From: Candidatus Krumholzibacteriia bacterium
GTDB taxonomy: Bacteria > Krumholzibacteriota > Krumholzibacteriia > LZORAL124-64-63
Assembly: GCA_041908585.1 (NCBI GenBank)
Contig: JAYRFB010000275.1
Coordinates: 1,222-65,221 of the forward strand
Direction: 5' to 3'
DNA length: 64,000 bases
In this document: one piece after another, positions 25,746-37,454 of the stretch
Layout: each line of letters begins with the position of its first letter
Position numbering within the stretch: the first letter of the stretch is position 1
Translations under genes and position numbers: made by a program
Notes under the pieces: generated by a model
Database searches by the model: none
Told to the model about the DNA's origin: nothing
Seen by the model: the letters and a program-made list of their open reading frames with translations, nothing else

Positions 25746-26327
25746 TCAGATGTCGTAGGAACGCGCCTCGAGGATCTGCTGGATCTGGGCCCGGGCCCGG
25801 TGGATCCGGGCCTTGACCGTGCCGAGGGGAAGCTGCAGGACCTCGGCGATCTCGTCATATGACAGCTGCTGCTGGTGCCGCAACAGGGTGATGGCCCGGT
25901 AATGGGGCGGCAGGTCGGCGATCACTTCCTCCAGCCGCTGCATCGCCTCCTTGCGCTCGAGCACCGCATCCGGCTCCGGCCCCTCGTCGGGGATCTGCAG
26001 CTCGAACTCCTCGCCGTCCGGCCCGGCGACCCCGTCCAGGGACAGGAACCGCAGGCGATGCCGCCGCAGGTGGTCGATGCAGTGGTTGGTCGCGATGCGG
26101 AAGAGCCAGCTGCTGAACGCGTACTCCTCGTCGAAGCGGTCCAGCAGGCGGAAGACCTTGATGAACACCTCCTGCGCCAGGTCGCGGGCGTCCTCGGGAC
26201 TGCGCGACATCCGGTAGCAGAGGTTGTAGATGGGCGCACGATAGCGCTCGAGGATCTCCGCGAAGGCGGCCTCCTCGCCGCGCTTGCAGCGGCGGATCGT
26301 CTTGAGATCCTGATGGCGGTCGAACAC
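25746..26327 (-). CDS. ECF (sigma-70 family group 4) RNA polymerase sigma factor
   Basis: Last 193 codons of ORF 25746..28292, starting at GTG 26327. ..DLAQEVFIKVFR..FSSWLFRIATNHCIDHLRR.. (region 2) and ..QQLSYDEIAEVLQLPLGTVKARIHRAR.. (region 4). Confidence 0.88.
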   Translation of the reverse strand: MFDRHQDLKTIRRCKRGEEAAFAEILERYRAPIYNLCYRMSRSPEDARDLAQEVFIKVFRLLDRFDEEYAFSSWLFRIATNHCIDHLRRHRLRFLSLDGVAGPDGEEFELQIPDEGPEPDAVLERKEAMQRLEEVIADLPPHYRAITLLRHQQQLSYDEIAEVLQLPLGTVKARIHRARAQIQQILEARSYDI

Positions 26328-26362
26328 GCCGGCGCACCCTTCCCGTCGTTCGAGCGGGGCAG

Positions 26363-27827
<1,465 letters not shown>

Positions 27828-27842
27828 CGAGGGAGCCTCGAC

Positions 27843-28238
27843 ATGGCAAGGATGCCGCGTTCGTTCGACTTCGCGCGCCGCGCCGGCCCGTCCGGCGGCG
27901 GCGCGCTGCGCTCGGTGCGCCGCGGGCGCGCGTGGGTGCCCCGCGCCGCGCTCTGGACGGCCGCGCTCGTGGTCCTGGCGGGAGTCGCCCTGGTCCAGTT
28001 CGGGGACAGCGGCGTGCCGGCCTGGCGACGCCTGCGCGCCCAGGATGCCGAGCTGTCGCGCGAGGTCGACGAACTGGTCCGGCGGAACGAGCGGATCCGC
28101 AGCGACCTCCAGGCGCTCCAGGACGACCCCGAGACGCTGGAGCGCCTGGCGCGCGAGAAGGCGGGCATGAAGAGGCCCGAGGAAGCCGTGCTGAAGGTGC
28201 TGCCGGCGGACGCCGCGACACAGCAGGCCGGGAACTGA
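27843..28238 (+). CDS. ftsB: septum formation initiator FtsB/DivIC family protein
   Basis: GAGGGAG RBS. One TM (ALWTAALVVLAGVALV), a coiled coil, ..LQDDPETLERLAREKAGMKRPEE.. Conserved position directly after eno. Confidence 0.75.
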   Translation: MARMPRSFDFARRAGPSGGGALRSVRRGRAWVPRAALWTAALVVLAGVALVQFGDSGVPAWRRLRAQDAELSREVDELVRRNERIRSDLQALQDDPETLERLAREKAGMKRPEEAVLKVLPADAATQQAGN

Positions 28239-28274
28239 CCAAGGCGACCGGCGCGCCCCGTGCGCCGGACGGCC

Positions 28275-28303
28275 TTGACTTGCTGACAGCACCTGCCTAT
28301 ATT
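28275..28303 (+). promoter_or_regulatory. candidate promoter of tRNA-fMet (TTGACT-17-TATATT)
   Basis: GGCCTTGACTTGCTGACAGCACCTGCCTATATTCCGG. Confidence 0.6.
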
Positions 28304-28382
28304 CCGGCCCGCGAAGCGAACCGGATGTCGCGAAGCAGTTTGAATGCCGCGACGCAGAATGGATGCCGCGAAGCAGATTGGA
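28304..28382 (+). repeat. about four tandem 19-nt repeats that fill the tRNA-fMet leader
   Basis: CCGGCCCGCGAAGCGAACC / GGATGTCGCGAAGCAGTTT / GAATGCCGCGACGCAGAAT / GGATGCCGCGAAGCAGATT, followed by GGA+TGCGGGGTGGAGCAG (the tRNA 5' end). Core is C(C/G)GCGA(A/C)GC. Confidence 0.8.
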
Positions 28383-28459
<77 letters not shown>

Positions 28460-28465
28460 CATAGG

Positions 28466-28493
28466 AAAGGCCCGGCCTCGGTCGGGCCTTTTC
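28466..28493 (+). terminator. intrinsic terminator after tRNA-fMet
   Basis: AAAGGCCCG-GCCTCGGT-CGGGCCTTTTC. Confidence 0.65.
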
Positions 28494-28572
28494 GCTTGTC
28501 ACGCCGGCCGCGCCACCGCCGTCCCGACGCCCGGGAGGCGCGCGATCGGCGAGACGCGGGAAGGAAGGCGCG

Positions 28573-29670
28573 ATGCGCAGCCGCATGGGCTTCGTCTACG
28601 GCCTGCTGGTGACGATGATCTGCGCCCTGGGCGCCTGGTGGGTCTACTACCTGACCGTCGAGGGCCGCCTCTACGTCGACCACAGCCTGCAGAAGATGGC
28701 GAACGACCGCCTCCACGCCGCGTTCCTGATCCGCACCGACGCCGAGGTCCGCGCCGATCCCGAGCGCTGGCTGGGCCCGTCGTTCCCCCATCTCGTGTTC
28801 CGGCGCACGCCGCATGGCATCGAGACGGAGATCGACCCGCGCATCGTGGCCGATCTCGAATCCGAGGGACGCCGGCGCCGCAACATGTTCCTCTACGAGG
28901 GCGGCTTCTTCCTGCTGCTGCTGGCGTCCGGCTCGACGATCCTGGCCGTCTCCTGGCGGCAGGCCGAGCGCTTCAAGCAGGCTCGCGAGCTGTTCCTGGC
29001 CGGAGCCACGCACGAGTTCAAGACCCCGCTGGCCAGCCTGCGACTGTACACCGAGACGCTCGCGCGGGAGGGCCTGCCGGACGAGGCGCGCGGGCGCATC
29101 CAGAAGCGCATGGTCGAGGACGTCGTGCGGCTGGAGAACCTGGTCGACGACATGCTGGCGATGAGCGCGGACGACACGTTCGCCGTGGGGCCGCGCCAGC
29201 GCCTCGACCTCTGCCAGGAGGCGCAGTCGGTCCTGGACGGTCTGCGGTCGCTCGCAGCCGACCACGGCGCCCGCTTCGAGCTGGTCGGGACGCCGGGCGC
29301 GGCGGTCATGGGCCAGCGCCTGTACCTGGCCCTGGCGTTGCGCAACCTGCTGGTCAACGCGGTCAAGCACAGCCCGCGTCCGGTGCGGGTGACCGTGACC
29401 GTCGAGGCCGGGCGCCGCCAGCACCTGGTGATCGTCGCCGACGACGGCCCGGGCATCCCTCGCAGGTTGCAGTCGCGCGTATTCGACTGCTTCTATAGCA
29501 CCTCGGGCAACCAGCGGCACGGCGGCACGGGCCTGGGCCTGTACCTGGTCCGACGGAACATCGAGAGCATCGGCGGCAAGGTCTCCCTGCAGAGCGAGGA
29601 AGGCCGTGGCTGCACCTTCACGCTGACCCTGCCGGCGGCGCCGGCCGGGTCCCGAGAGGAGCGCGCATGA
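28573..29670 (+). CDS. sensor histidine kinase (two TM segments, HisKA + HATPase_c)
   Basis: GGAAGGAAGG RBS. H-box ..LAGATHEFKTPLASL.., N-box ..LRNLLVNAVKHS.., G-boxes ..DDGPGIP.. and ..GGTGLGLYLV.. Confidence 0.88.
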   Translation: MRSRMGFVYGLLVTMICALGAWWVYYLTVEGRLYVDHSLQKMANDRLHAAFLIRTDAEVRADPERWLGPSFPHLVFRRTPHGIETEIDPRIVADLESEGRRRRNMFLYEGGFFLLLLASGSTILAVSWRQAERFKQARELFLAGATHEFKTPLASLRLYTETLAREGLPDEARGRIQKRMVEDVVRLENLVDDMLAMSADDTFAVGPRQRLDLCQEAQSVLDGLRSLAADHGARFELVGTPGAAVMGQRLYLALALRNLLVNAVKHSPRPVRVTVTVEAGRRQHLVIVADDGPGIPRRLQSRVFDCFYSTSGNQRHGGTGLGLYLVRRNIESIGGKVSLQSEEGRGCTFTLTLPAAPAGSREERA

Positions 29671-30383
29671 AGCGGCGGATCCTGGTGGTCGAGGACGACG
29701 CGCACCTGGCCGACGGGCTGGGCATCAACCTCGAGCTGGAGGGCTACGAACCGGTGCTGGCCGCCAGCGCCGAGGACGGGCTGGCCGCCTGGAAGCGCGG
29801 CGGCGTCGACCTGATCCTGCTCGACGTGATGCTGCCGGGCATGGACGGCTTCGCCTTCTGCGCCCACGTGCGACAGGCCGGCGACCGCGTGCCGATCCTG
29901 TTCCTCACCGCGCGCGGCGCGGGCCAGGACCGCATCCGGGGACTGGACGAGGGCGGCGACGACTACATCACCAAGCCGTTCGACCTGCAGGAGTTGCTAG
30001 CCCGCATCAAGTCCATCTTCCGGCGGCAGGACTGGCTGCGCGCCCAGGACGTGCCCGCCACCGTCCGCATCGGGCGCGCCGAGGTCAACCTCCGCACCTA
30101 TGAGGCGACGACGCCGGACGGCAGGATCGAGCTGAAGGAGAAGGAGGCGATGATCCTGCGCCTGCTCTGCGAGCAGCAGGGCGAGCCGGTGGACCGCCAG
30201 ACCATCCTGGACCGCGTGTGGGGCTTCGACGCCTACCCCACCATGCGCACGGTCGACAACTTCATCCTGGCCTTGCGCAAGATCGTCGAGGAGGACCCGG
30301 CCCGGCCGCGACATATCGTGACCGTCCACGGCGTGGGTTATCGTCTGGCGATCGAGGCGGCCCCGGCGGCTCCGCAGGACTGA
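29667..30383 (+). CDS. OmpR-family response regulator
   Basis: ATGA overlap with the kinase gene. MKRRILVVEDD..LILLDVMLPGMDG..DDYITKPFDLQELLARI.. and a winged-helix C-terminus ..VTVHGVGYRL.. Confidence 0.92.
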   Translation: MKRRILVVEDDAHLADGLGINLELEGYEPVLAASAEDGLAAWKRGGVDLILLDVMLPGMDGFAFCAHVRQAGDRVPILFLTARGAGQDRIRGLDEGGDDYITKPFDLQELLARIKSIFRRQDWLRAQDVPATVRIGRAEVNLRTYEATTPDGRIELKEKEAMILRLLCEQQGEPVDRQTILDRVWGFDAYPTMRTVDNFILALRKIVEEDPARPRHIVTVHGVGYRLAIEAAPAAPQD

Positions 30384-30406
30384 GCGCCGCGCGCCTGGTG
30401 CCCGGC

Positions 30407-31435
30407 TCAGGCGCTGGCCTGTTCGGCGAGCAGGTGCCGCTGCCAGGCATCGGTGCCCCGCCAGCGGGTGAGCGGACGCAGGGCCAGGAGCCCGGCGCGC
30501 CCCACGGACCTCTCCAGCCAACGCAGCTCGGCCAGGCGTCCCGGCAGCTCGGGATCGGGCGCCGGCTCGAAGCCCTGTTCCCGCAACAGGAGCGTCCCCT
30601 TCGCCCGCAGGCTCAGCTCGCACTGCAGGCGCAGCAGGCAGAGCATGTCGGCCACGATGTCGGGCCGGAAGTTGTCGGTCAGGGACTGCAGGTAGCGCCC
30701 CACCGGTGTCGCCGCCACGTTCCCGTCGCGGATGAGCGACAGCAGCTCGCTGTCCAGGTCGAAGCCCCGCCCCAGCCAGCGGCGCAGCCGGCGCTCGCCC
30801 AGGCGCCAGGCGGCCACCAGCGCGCCCGGCAGGAGCACCAGGGTCAGGGACGTGGCCAGGACCGGCTGCACCATGAAGCGGTTGAACAGCCCGTGCAGCA
30901 GGGCGGCGACCAGCAGCGCCCCCAGCCACGGTCGGCCCGTGCCCGCGCCACCCCGCTCGCCGAACGCCTGCAGCATCAGGCCGAACACCGCGGTCACGCC
31001 GCCGTGCATGATCGCCGTGCCCAGGCCGCGGATCAGCCACACGAGCAGGGGCGCGTCCGGCAGCTGGCTCAGGTAGTAGGCGTTCTCGACGATGGCGAAG
31101 CCCGCGCCGGTGGCGAAGCCCAGGATCGCGGTGTCGACCAGGAAGGCCGCGCGGCGTGTGGCCACCAGCCAGGCGACCAGGGCGCCCTTGACCGCCTCCT
31201 CGACGACCGGCGCCACGAGCACCGCGAAGCGCCAGGACTCCAGGCCGGTCAGGCCCAGCAGCCAGGTGTTGAGGAAGTAGGTGCCGAGGGCGGTGATACC
31301 GCCGGTGACGAGGGCCGCGGCCACCCGCCTGCGTCTCACGAGGCGGAACGTATCGAGCGCGACCAGGGTGGCAAGGAAGACCAGGACCGGCAGGCAGGCG
31401 ATGGCCGCGCGCGCGGCCAGCGTCAGCGGCGGCAT
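30407..31435 (-). CDS. PrsW-family intramembrane glutamic/metallo-protease with a C-terminal cytoplasmic extension of about 150 aa
   Basis: Multi-TM protein. PrsW motifs ..APVVEEAVKG.. (EExxK) and ..LLHGLFN.. (HxxxN). The ATG lies 3 nt after the STAS stop. Confidence 0.7.
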   Translation of the reverse strand: MPPLTLAARAAIACLPVLVFLATLVALDTFRLVRRRRVAAALVTGGITALGTYFLNTWLLGLTGLESWRFAVLVAPVVEEAVKGALVAWLVATRRAAFLVDTAILGFATGAGFAIVENAYYLSQLPDAPLLVWLIRGLGTAIMHGGVTAVFGLMLQAFGERGGAGTGRPWLGALLVAALLHGLFNRFMVQPVLATSLTLVLLPGALVAAWRLGERRLRRWLGRGFDLDSELLSLIRDGNVAATPVGRYLQSLTDNFRPDIVADMLCLLRLQCELSLRAKGTLLLREQGFEPAPDPELPGRLAELRWLERSVGRAGLLALRPLTRWRGTDAWQRHLLAEQASA

Positions 31436-31438
31436 GCG

Positions 31439-31723
31439 TCACTCGAACTCAAAGATTCCCTCGAAGCCCGCCAGCCCAAGCACGTCGCGGAGGTGCGGGT
31501 TCAAGCCGCCCAGCACCAGCCCGCCACCGCCGTCGCGCAGGCGGCGCTGCACGGCCACGAGGATGCCCAGCCCGGCGCTGGCGATGTAGTCGAGCCGGGT
31601 GAAGTCGAGCCGGCAGCGGCCCTGCACGCCGGACAGGAATTCGCGCGCCTGCGGCGCACTTGCCGCGTCCAGCCGCCCCTCCAGTCGCACGGTACCGTCG
31701 TCCTGCCAGCCGATCGCGAACAC
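31439..31723 (-). CDS. STAS-domain protein (anti-sigma-factor antagonist-like)
   Basis: GTG 31723 (GGGGAG upstream) within ORF 31439..31852. ..VRLEGRLDAASAPQAREFL..LDFTRLDYIASAGLGILVAVQRRLRDGGGGLVLGGLNPHLRDVLGLAGFEGIFE. Confidence 0.7.
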   Translation of the reverse strand: MFAIGWQDDGTVRLEGRLDAASAPQAREFLSGVQGRCRLDFTRLDYIASAGLGILVAVQRRLRDGGGGLVLGGLNPHLRDVLGLAGFEGIFEFE

Positions 31724-31728
31724 GCGCG

Positions 31729-32187
31729 CTACTCCCCGGTGAGCGGCCAGAGCCGGTTGAGGTCCTGCAACGCGACATCTTCCTTCTTGAGGAGGTCGGC
31801 CACCGTCGTCTGCTTGAGGACCTCGGTCAGGCGACCTTCCAGGTGCTGCCACACGGGGCGCAGCCCGCAGTTGTTGTTGCGCGGGCAGTCGGGGGAATCG
31901 GAACTGTCGCCGCAGGGGAAGCCGGCGACGGGATCGCCGCTGACCGAGTAGATGATCTGCGCAGCCGAGATCCCTTCCGGCGCACCGGCCAGCACGTAGC
32001 CGCCGTAGCGGCCGCGCAGGGCATCCACCACGCCGCCGCGCCGCAGCATGCCCAGGAGCTTCGCCACGGTGGGCTCGGGCAGGTTCTCGGCCTGCGCCAG
32101 GTCGCCGAGCGTCACCTGTCCGCCCATGTGCGCCATGCGCATCACCAGGCGCACCGCCTGTTCCTCGGCTCGCGTCACCCGAAACAT
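31729..32187 (-). CDS. Rrf2 family transcriptional regulator (Cys-containing, possibly Fe-S binding)
   Basis: MFRVTRAEEQAVRLVMRMA..VTLGDLAQAENLPEPTVAKLLGMLRRGGVVDALRGRYGGYVL.. and a Cys cluster ..FPCGDSSDSPDCPRNNNCGLRPVW.. Confidence 0.88.
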   Translation of the reverse strand: MFRVTRAEEQAVRLVMRMAHMGGQVTLGDLAQAENLPEPTVAKLLGMLRRGGVVDALRGRYGGYVLAGAPEGISAAQIIYSVSGDPVAGFPCGDSSDSPDCPRNNNCGLRPVWQHLEGRLTEVLKQTTVADLLKKEDVALQDLNRLWPLTGE

Positions 32188-32254
32188 CGCTGTCGCCCTC
32201 TCGCTGCGCGGGTCACCGCCGACCCGGGGCCCGATCCTCCACGTTAACGGTCAG

Positions 32255-32290
32255 ATTAAAGCAGCAGGGCTGCGATTGCGCAACCGCTGC
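32255..32290 (-). promoter_or_regulatory. candidate Rrf2-operon promoter (TTGCGC-17-TTTAAT) overlapped by a 22-bp near-palindrome
   Basis: Minus strand reads GCAGCGGTTGCGCAATCGCAGC (32269..32290; 18 of 22 positions symmetric around TTGCGCAA). It covers the -35 element, and the -10 TTTAAT lies at 32255..32260. Confidence 0.45.
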
Positions 32291-32320
32291 CGCGGGCCCG
32301 CAGCGAGGGCTCTCGCCGGT

Positions 32321-32893
32321 TCAGTCCGGCGTGATGATCTCCTGGTCCAGGAACTCGTCGTACAGGCTGGCCGCCTGGGCGGCGATCGCGCGGTAGGCCT
32401 CGGCGCGCCCGAGCGAACGCAGCAGCGGGCGCACCTCCGCCGGCAGGAAACCCTCGCGCAGCGTCAGCCACGCCAGCCGTGCGGCCAGGACGCTGTCGGG
32501 GCGCGTCCGGGCCAGCAATCCGGGCTCGACGCCCAGCCGCGCCAGCAGGAGGGGCGTGGAATCGGGCATTGCGGGCGCCGAGGCGACAAGGTCCGCCGCC
32601 ACCCGGCCGGCGGCACGCGCGCGCCAGGCCCATTCCCACCACGGTGGCTCGGCGACGGCCTCCGGCGGGCGCTGCGTCCGACGGGCGACCGGAGGCGGTG
32701 CGGCGAGCGGCGCCACCTCGCGCGGCGGCGGCAGGAGCGCCAGCCACCGATCGGGCTCCGCGACGGGCTGTTGGCGGTACCCGCCGGTGCCCGGCGCCAG
32801 CCAGCGTTCGGCGGCCGCCAGCAGGGAAACGAGGGCAACGGCGGCCAGGACCGACGAGATGAACCAGCGGGCGGGTCCCGGGCAGCGGCGCAT
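32321..32893 (-). CDS. hypothetical membrane-anchored protein
   Basis: One TM near the N-terminus ([19 protein letters not shown]). Natural-looking C-terminus ..[25 protein letters not shown] recognise no family. Confidence 0.45.
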   Translation of the reverse strand: MRRCPGPARWFISSVLAAVALVSLLAAAERWLAPGTGGYRQQPVAEPDRWLALLPPPREVAPLAAPPPVARRTQRPPEAVAEPPWWEWAWRARAAGRVAADLVASAPAMPDSTPLLLARLGVEPGLLARTRPDSVLAARLAWLTLREGFLPAEVRPLLRSLGRAEAYRAIAAQAASLYDEFLDQEIITPD

Positions 32894-32951
32894 CCGGGGA
32901 AGTACGCCGCGCGCGGTCTTCGGTTCCCGGAGCGGCCCGCGCGCGGCTTCG

Positions 32952-34736
<1,785 letters not shown>

Positions 34737-34863
34737 CCTTGCCTGCCTTCCTTTCGCGCCGCGCGGCTGCTGGGCCGGGCGGGACCCCGGTGGCACGGGA
34801 TCGCCGGGAAGATCGGCAGGTTTTCGCAGGGCTTTACTGCGGAGGTGTCGGCCGGGGCCTCAC

Positions 34864-35964
34864 TTAGCCGCGAGGGCGGCCGGCGTTCGGCCCGTCCACC
34901 AGGCGCAGGCAACCGCCGGTCACCGGGAGCGCCTGCCCGGCCAGGTGGAGCGCGAGATCGGGCCCGATCGCCTCCACCCGGCCGTACCGTTCGGGCGGCG
35001 GGACCGGCTGGCCCGGCGCCGCGGCCAGCCGCTCGCGGGTACCGTCGGGCCAGATCGCGACCTCGCGCCCCAGAACCACCGAGCGGGCGCGATAAGCGTC
35101 CACGAGCCCGTCGCACCCTGCGTCAGCCACCTGCTCGAGGCGACTCCGCAGCCGCGCGAGCACCGCGGCGGCCGCCGGCGCCAGGGGCACCGTCCCGCCG
35201 GGGCCGGCCAGCGACGTCGCGGGCTGGGTGAACGGGTCGGGCGCCAGGACCGGCGCCTTCGCCAGGTTGAGGGCCAGGCCGGCGAAATAGGCCTCGACGC
35301 GCGGCCCGCGCGTGCGCAGGGCGGTCAACACGCCTCCCGCCTTGCCGCCGGCCAGGACGACGTCGTTGACCCACTTGATGCCCAGGCCGGCGGCGCGGGC
35401 CGACGTGCCGCCGAGCAGGTCCTCCACCGCCTCGCAGAGCGCGACGGCAGCCAGCATCGGCAACGACGGCGCGCAGGCGGCGGCATCCAGGTCGCACGGC
35501 ATCGCCACGCTGAGGTGCAGGTTCCCCCGCACGGCCTGCCAGCGGCGCCCGTTCTGGCCGCGCAGCGCATCACCGCCCAGGGTCAGGCAGGCGACGGGCG
35601 ACCGCAGGGGCGGGCTGGCGGCGGTCACCTCGCGCAGCGCCTCGTACGGCGACGAACCGGCGTCGGCGGTGGCGATGACCGGGCCCCAGCCGAGATCCTG
35701 GAGCGGTCCGGAGGCAGCGGCCCCCGCGTCAAGGGCCCTGCCGGGCAGCGCCGCGGCCCGCCAGATGGCCGCGACGAAACGGTCGTCGTCGCAGGCAGGC
35801 TCCGCCAAGAGCGCGCGCAGCGCGGGCTCCTGCCCGGGCCGCGGCCGATCGCCACCGCGGACCATCGCCAGCGTCGTCCCGTCGTCCACGTACACCCATG
35901 TGCCCCCGGCGTTTGCGGCCGCCGGACCGGGGCCCGGACCTGCCGGGATTCCGCCGACGACCAT
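34864..35964 (-). CDS. birA: biotin--[acetyl-CoA-carboxylase] ligase family protein with a ~100-aa N-terminal extension and no recognisable HTH
   Basis: ..LRGQNGRRWQAVRGNLHLSV.. (GRGRxGRxW-like) and ..GIKWVNDVVLAGGKAGGVL.. motifs. Confidence 0.65.
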   Translation of the reverse strand: MVVGGIPAGPGPGPAAANAGGTWVYVDDGTTLAMVRGGDRPRPGQEPALRALLAEPACDDDRFVAAIWRAAALPGRALDAGAAASGPLQDLGWGPVIATADAGSSPYEALREVTAASPPLRSPVACLTLGGDALRGQNGRRWQAVRGNLHLSVAMPCDLDAAACAPSLPMLAAVALCEAVEDLLGGTSARAAGLGIKWVNDVVLAGGKAGGVLTALRTRGPRVEAYFAGLALNLAKAPVLAPDPFTQPATSLAGPGGTVPLAPAAAAVLARLRSRLEQVADAGCDGLVDAYRARSVVLGREVAIWPDGTRERLAAAPGQPVPPPERYGRVEAIGPDLALHLAGQALPVTGGCLRLVDGPNAGRPRG

Positions 35965-36128
35965 CCTGAAAACCGCTTTGCCCCCATCCGAGCACTATGG
36001 TACGGTCCGGGACAGTCACGTCCAAGCGGCCAGGCGCGCAAGCGCCGGTCCTCCGCTCCCGCGGAGGCCGGTCGAGCGTGCCGCGCGCCGCGCCGGTCGT
36101 TCCCCGTTCCCTGTTACGAGGAGACGCC

Positions 36129-37439
36129 ATGCTCAAGAGGATCCTGACGCGGACCCTGGTCGCGGTGCTGTTGCCCGCCGCGGTGCTGCTCGCGTCCGCC
36201 GGGCAGGCCCGGGCCTCCGGATTCAGCATCTACGAAGCCGGCTCGCGGGCCACCGCCCTGGGGTGCGCCTTCACCGCGACGGCCGACGACGGTTCCGCCC
36301 TGTTCTACAACGCGGCGGGCCTGTCCTTCCAGAACGGCCGCGGCCTGGACCTGAACTTCATCGGCGTGGCGCCGCAGTTCAAGTTCAGCGGCCACCTGTC
36401 GCAGGGCGACGCGTTGCAGACCGGCGAGTCCGCCGACCGGGTCTACCTGGTGCCGGGCACCGCCTACACCAACAGCACGTCCGAGAAGCTGGCCTGGGGT
36501 GTCGGCCTGTATGCGCCGTTCGGGCTGGGCGTCGAGTGGAAGGACGGGGCGGACTGGGTCGGCCGCCGCATCAGCCACGACGTCGCCATCGAGACGGTGT
36601 ACGTCACGCCGGCGGTGAGCTACCTGGCGGCCGAGGGCCTGGCCGTGGCGGTCGGCGTGGACATCGCCAGCCAGCACCTCTCCCTGAAGAAGTACTCGCC
36701 CGAGCCGCAGTTCGGCACGAACGCCATCGAGACCGAGATCGAGGGCCGCAGCAAGGTGAACCTGACGCCGTCGTTCGGCCTCATGTACCGGCCGAACCCG
36801 AAGTGGTCGTTCGGGGCGATGTACCACTTCGAGAAGACGATGGAGTTCGAGGACCGCACCGCGACGCTGACCAACGTCCAGACCACGGGCGCGCCCTGGG
36901 CCGCGACGCTCATCGCCGGCCTGGGCGGGAGCGAGCAGCTGCTGTCCAGCGAGTTGAACCTGCCCTCGATCATGTCGCTGGGCGCCGCCTACCATGCGAG
37001 CGAGCGGCTGCGCCTCGAGGGCAACTACGTACGGTTCGGCTGGAGCACGTTCGAGAAGCTGGCGCTCGACTTCGACACCGACGCGCTGGACCAGAACATC
37101 TACTTCGGCTACGAGGATTCCTGGCAGGTGCGCTTCGGCGCCGAGTACTGGGCCACCGACAGCGTCAGCCTGATGGCCGGCTACGTGCACGACAAGACGC
37201 CGCAGCCGCTGATCTCGGTCAGCCCCCTGCTGCCGGACAGCGATCGCAACGACTACTCGTTCGGCGTGCGCTACCTGCACGGCAACTGGGACCTGAACGT
37301 CAGCTACATGGTGGTCGTGGGCACCGAGCGGACGAACGTCGAGGACGGCGAGCCCCTGCGCCACACCACGGACTACCCCTTCGGCTCGTACAAGTCGCTG
37401 GCCAACCTGTTCGGGGTCGGCCTCCGCTACAACTTCTAG
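36129..37439 (+). CDS. FadL/TodX (OMPP1) family outer-membrane transport protein
   Basis: ATG 36129 after GAGGAG. MLKRILTRTLVAVLLPAAVLLASAGQARASGFSIYEAGSRATALGCAFTATADDGSALFYNAAGLSF.. Ends ..GVGLRYNF. Confidence 0.82.
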   Translation: MLKRILTRTLVAVLLPAAVLLASAGQARASGFSIYEAGSRATALGCAFTATADDGSALFYNAAGLSFQNGRGLDLNFIGVAPQFKFSGHLSQGDALQTGESADRVYLVPGTAYTNSTSEKLAWGVGLYAPFGLGVEWKDGADWVGRRISHDVAIETVYVTPAVSYLAAEGLAVAVGVDIASQHLSLKKYSPEPQFGTNAIETEIEGRSKVNLTPSFGLMYRPNPKWSFGAMYHFEKTMEFEDRTATLTNVQTTGAPWAATLIAGLGGSEQLLSSELNLPSIMSLGAAYHASERLRLEGNYVRFGWSTFEKLALDFDTDALDQNIYFGYEDSWQVRFGAEYWATDSVSLMAGYVHDKTPQPLISVSPLLPDSDRNDYSFGVRYLHGNWDLNVSYMVVVGTERTNVEDGEPLRHTTDYPFGSYKSLANLFGVGLRYNF

Positions 37440-37454
37440 GAGGAGGTGCAGGCG

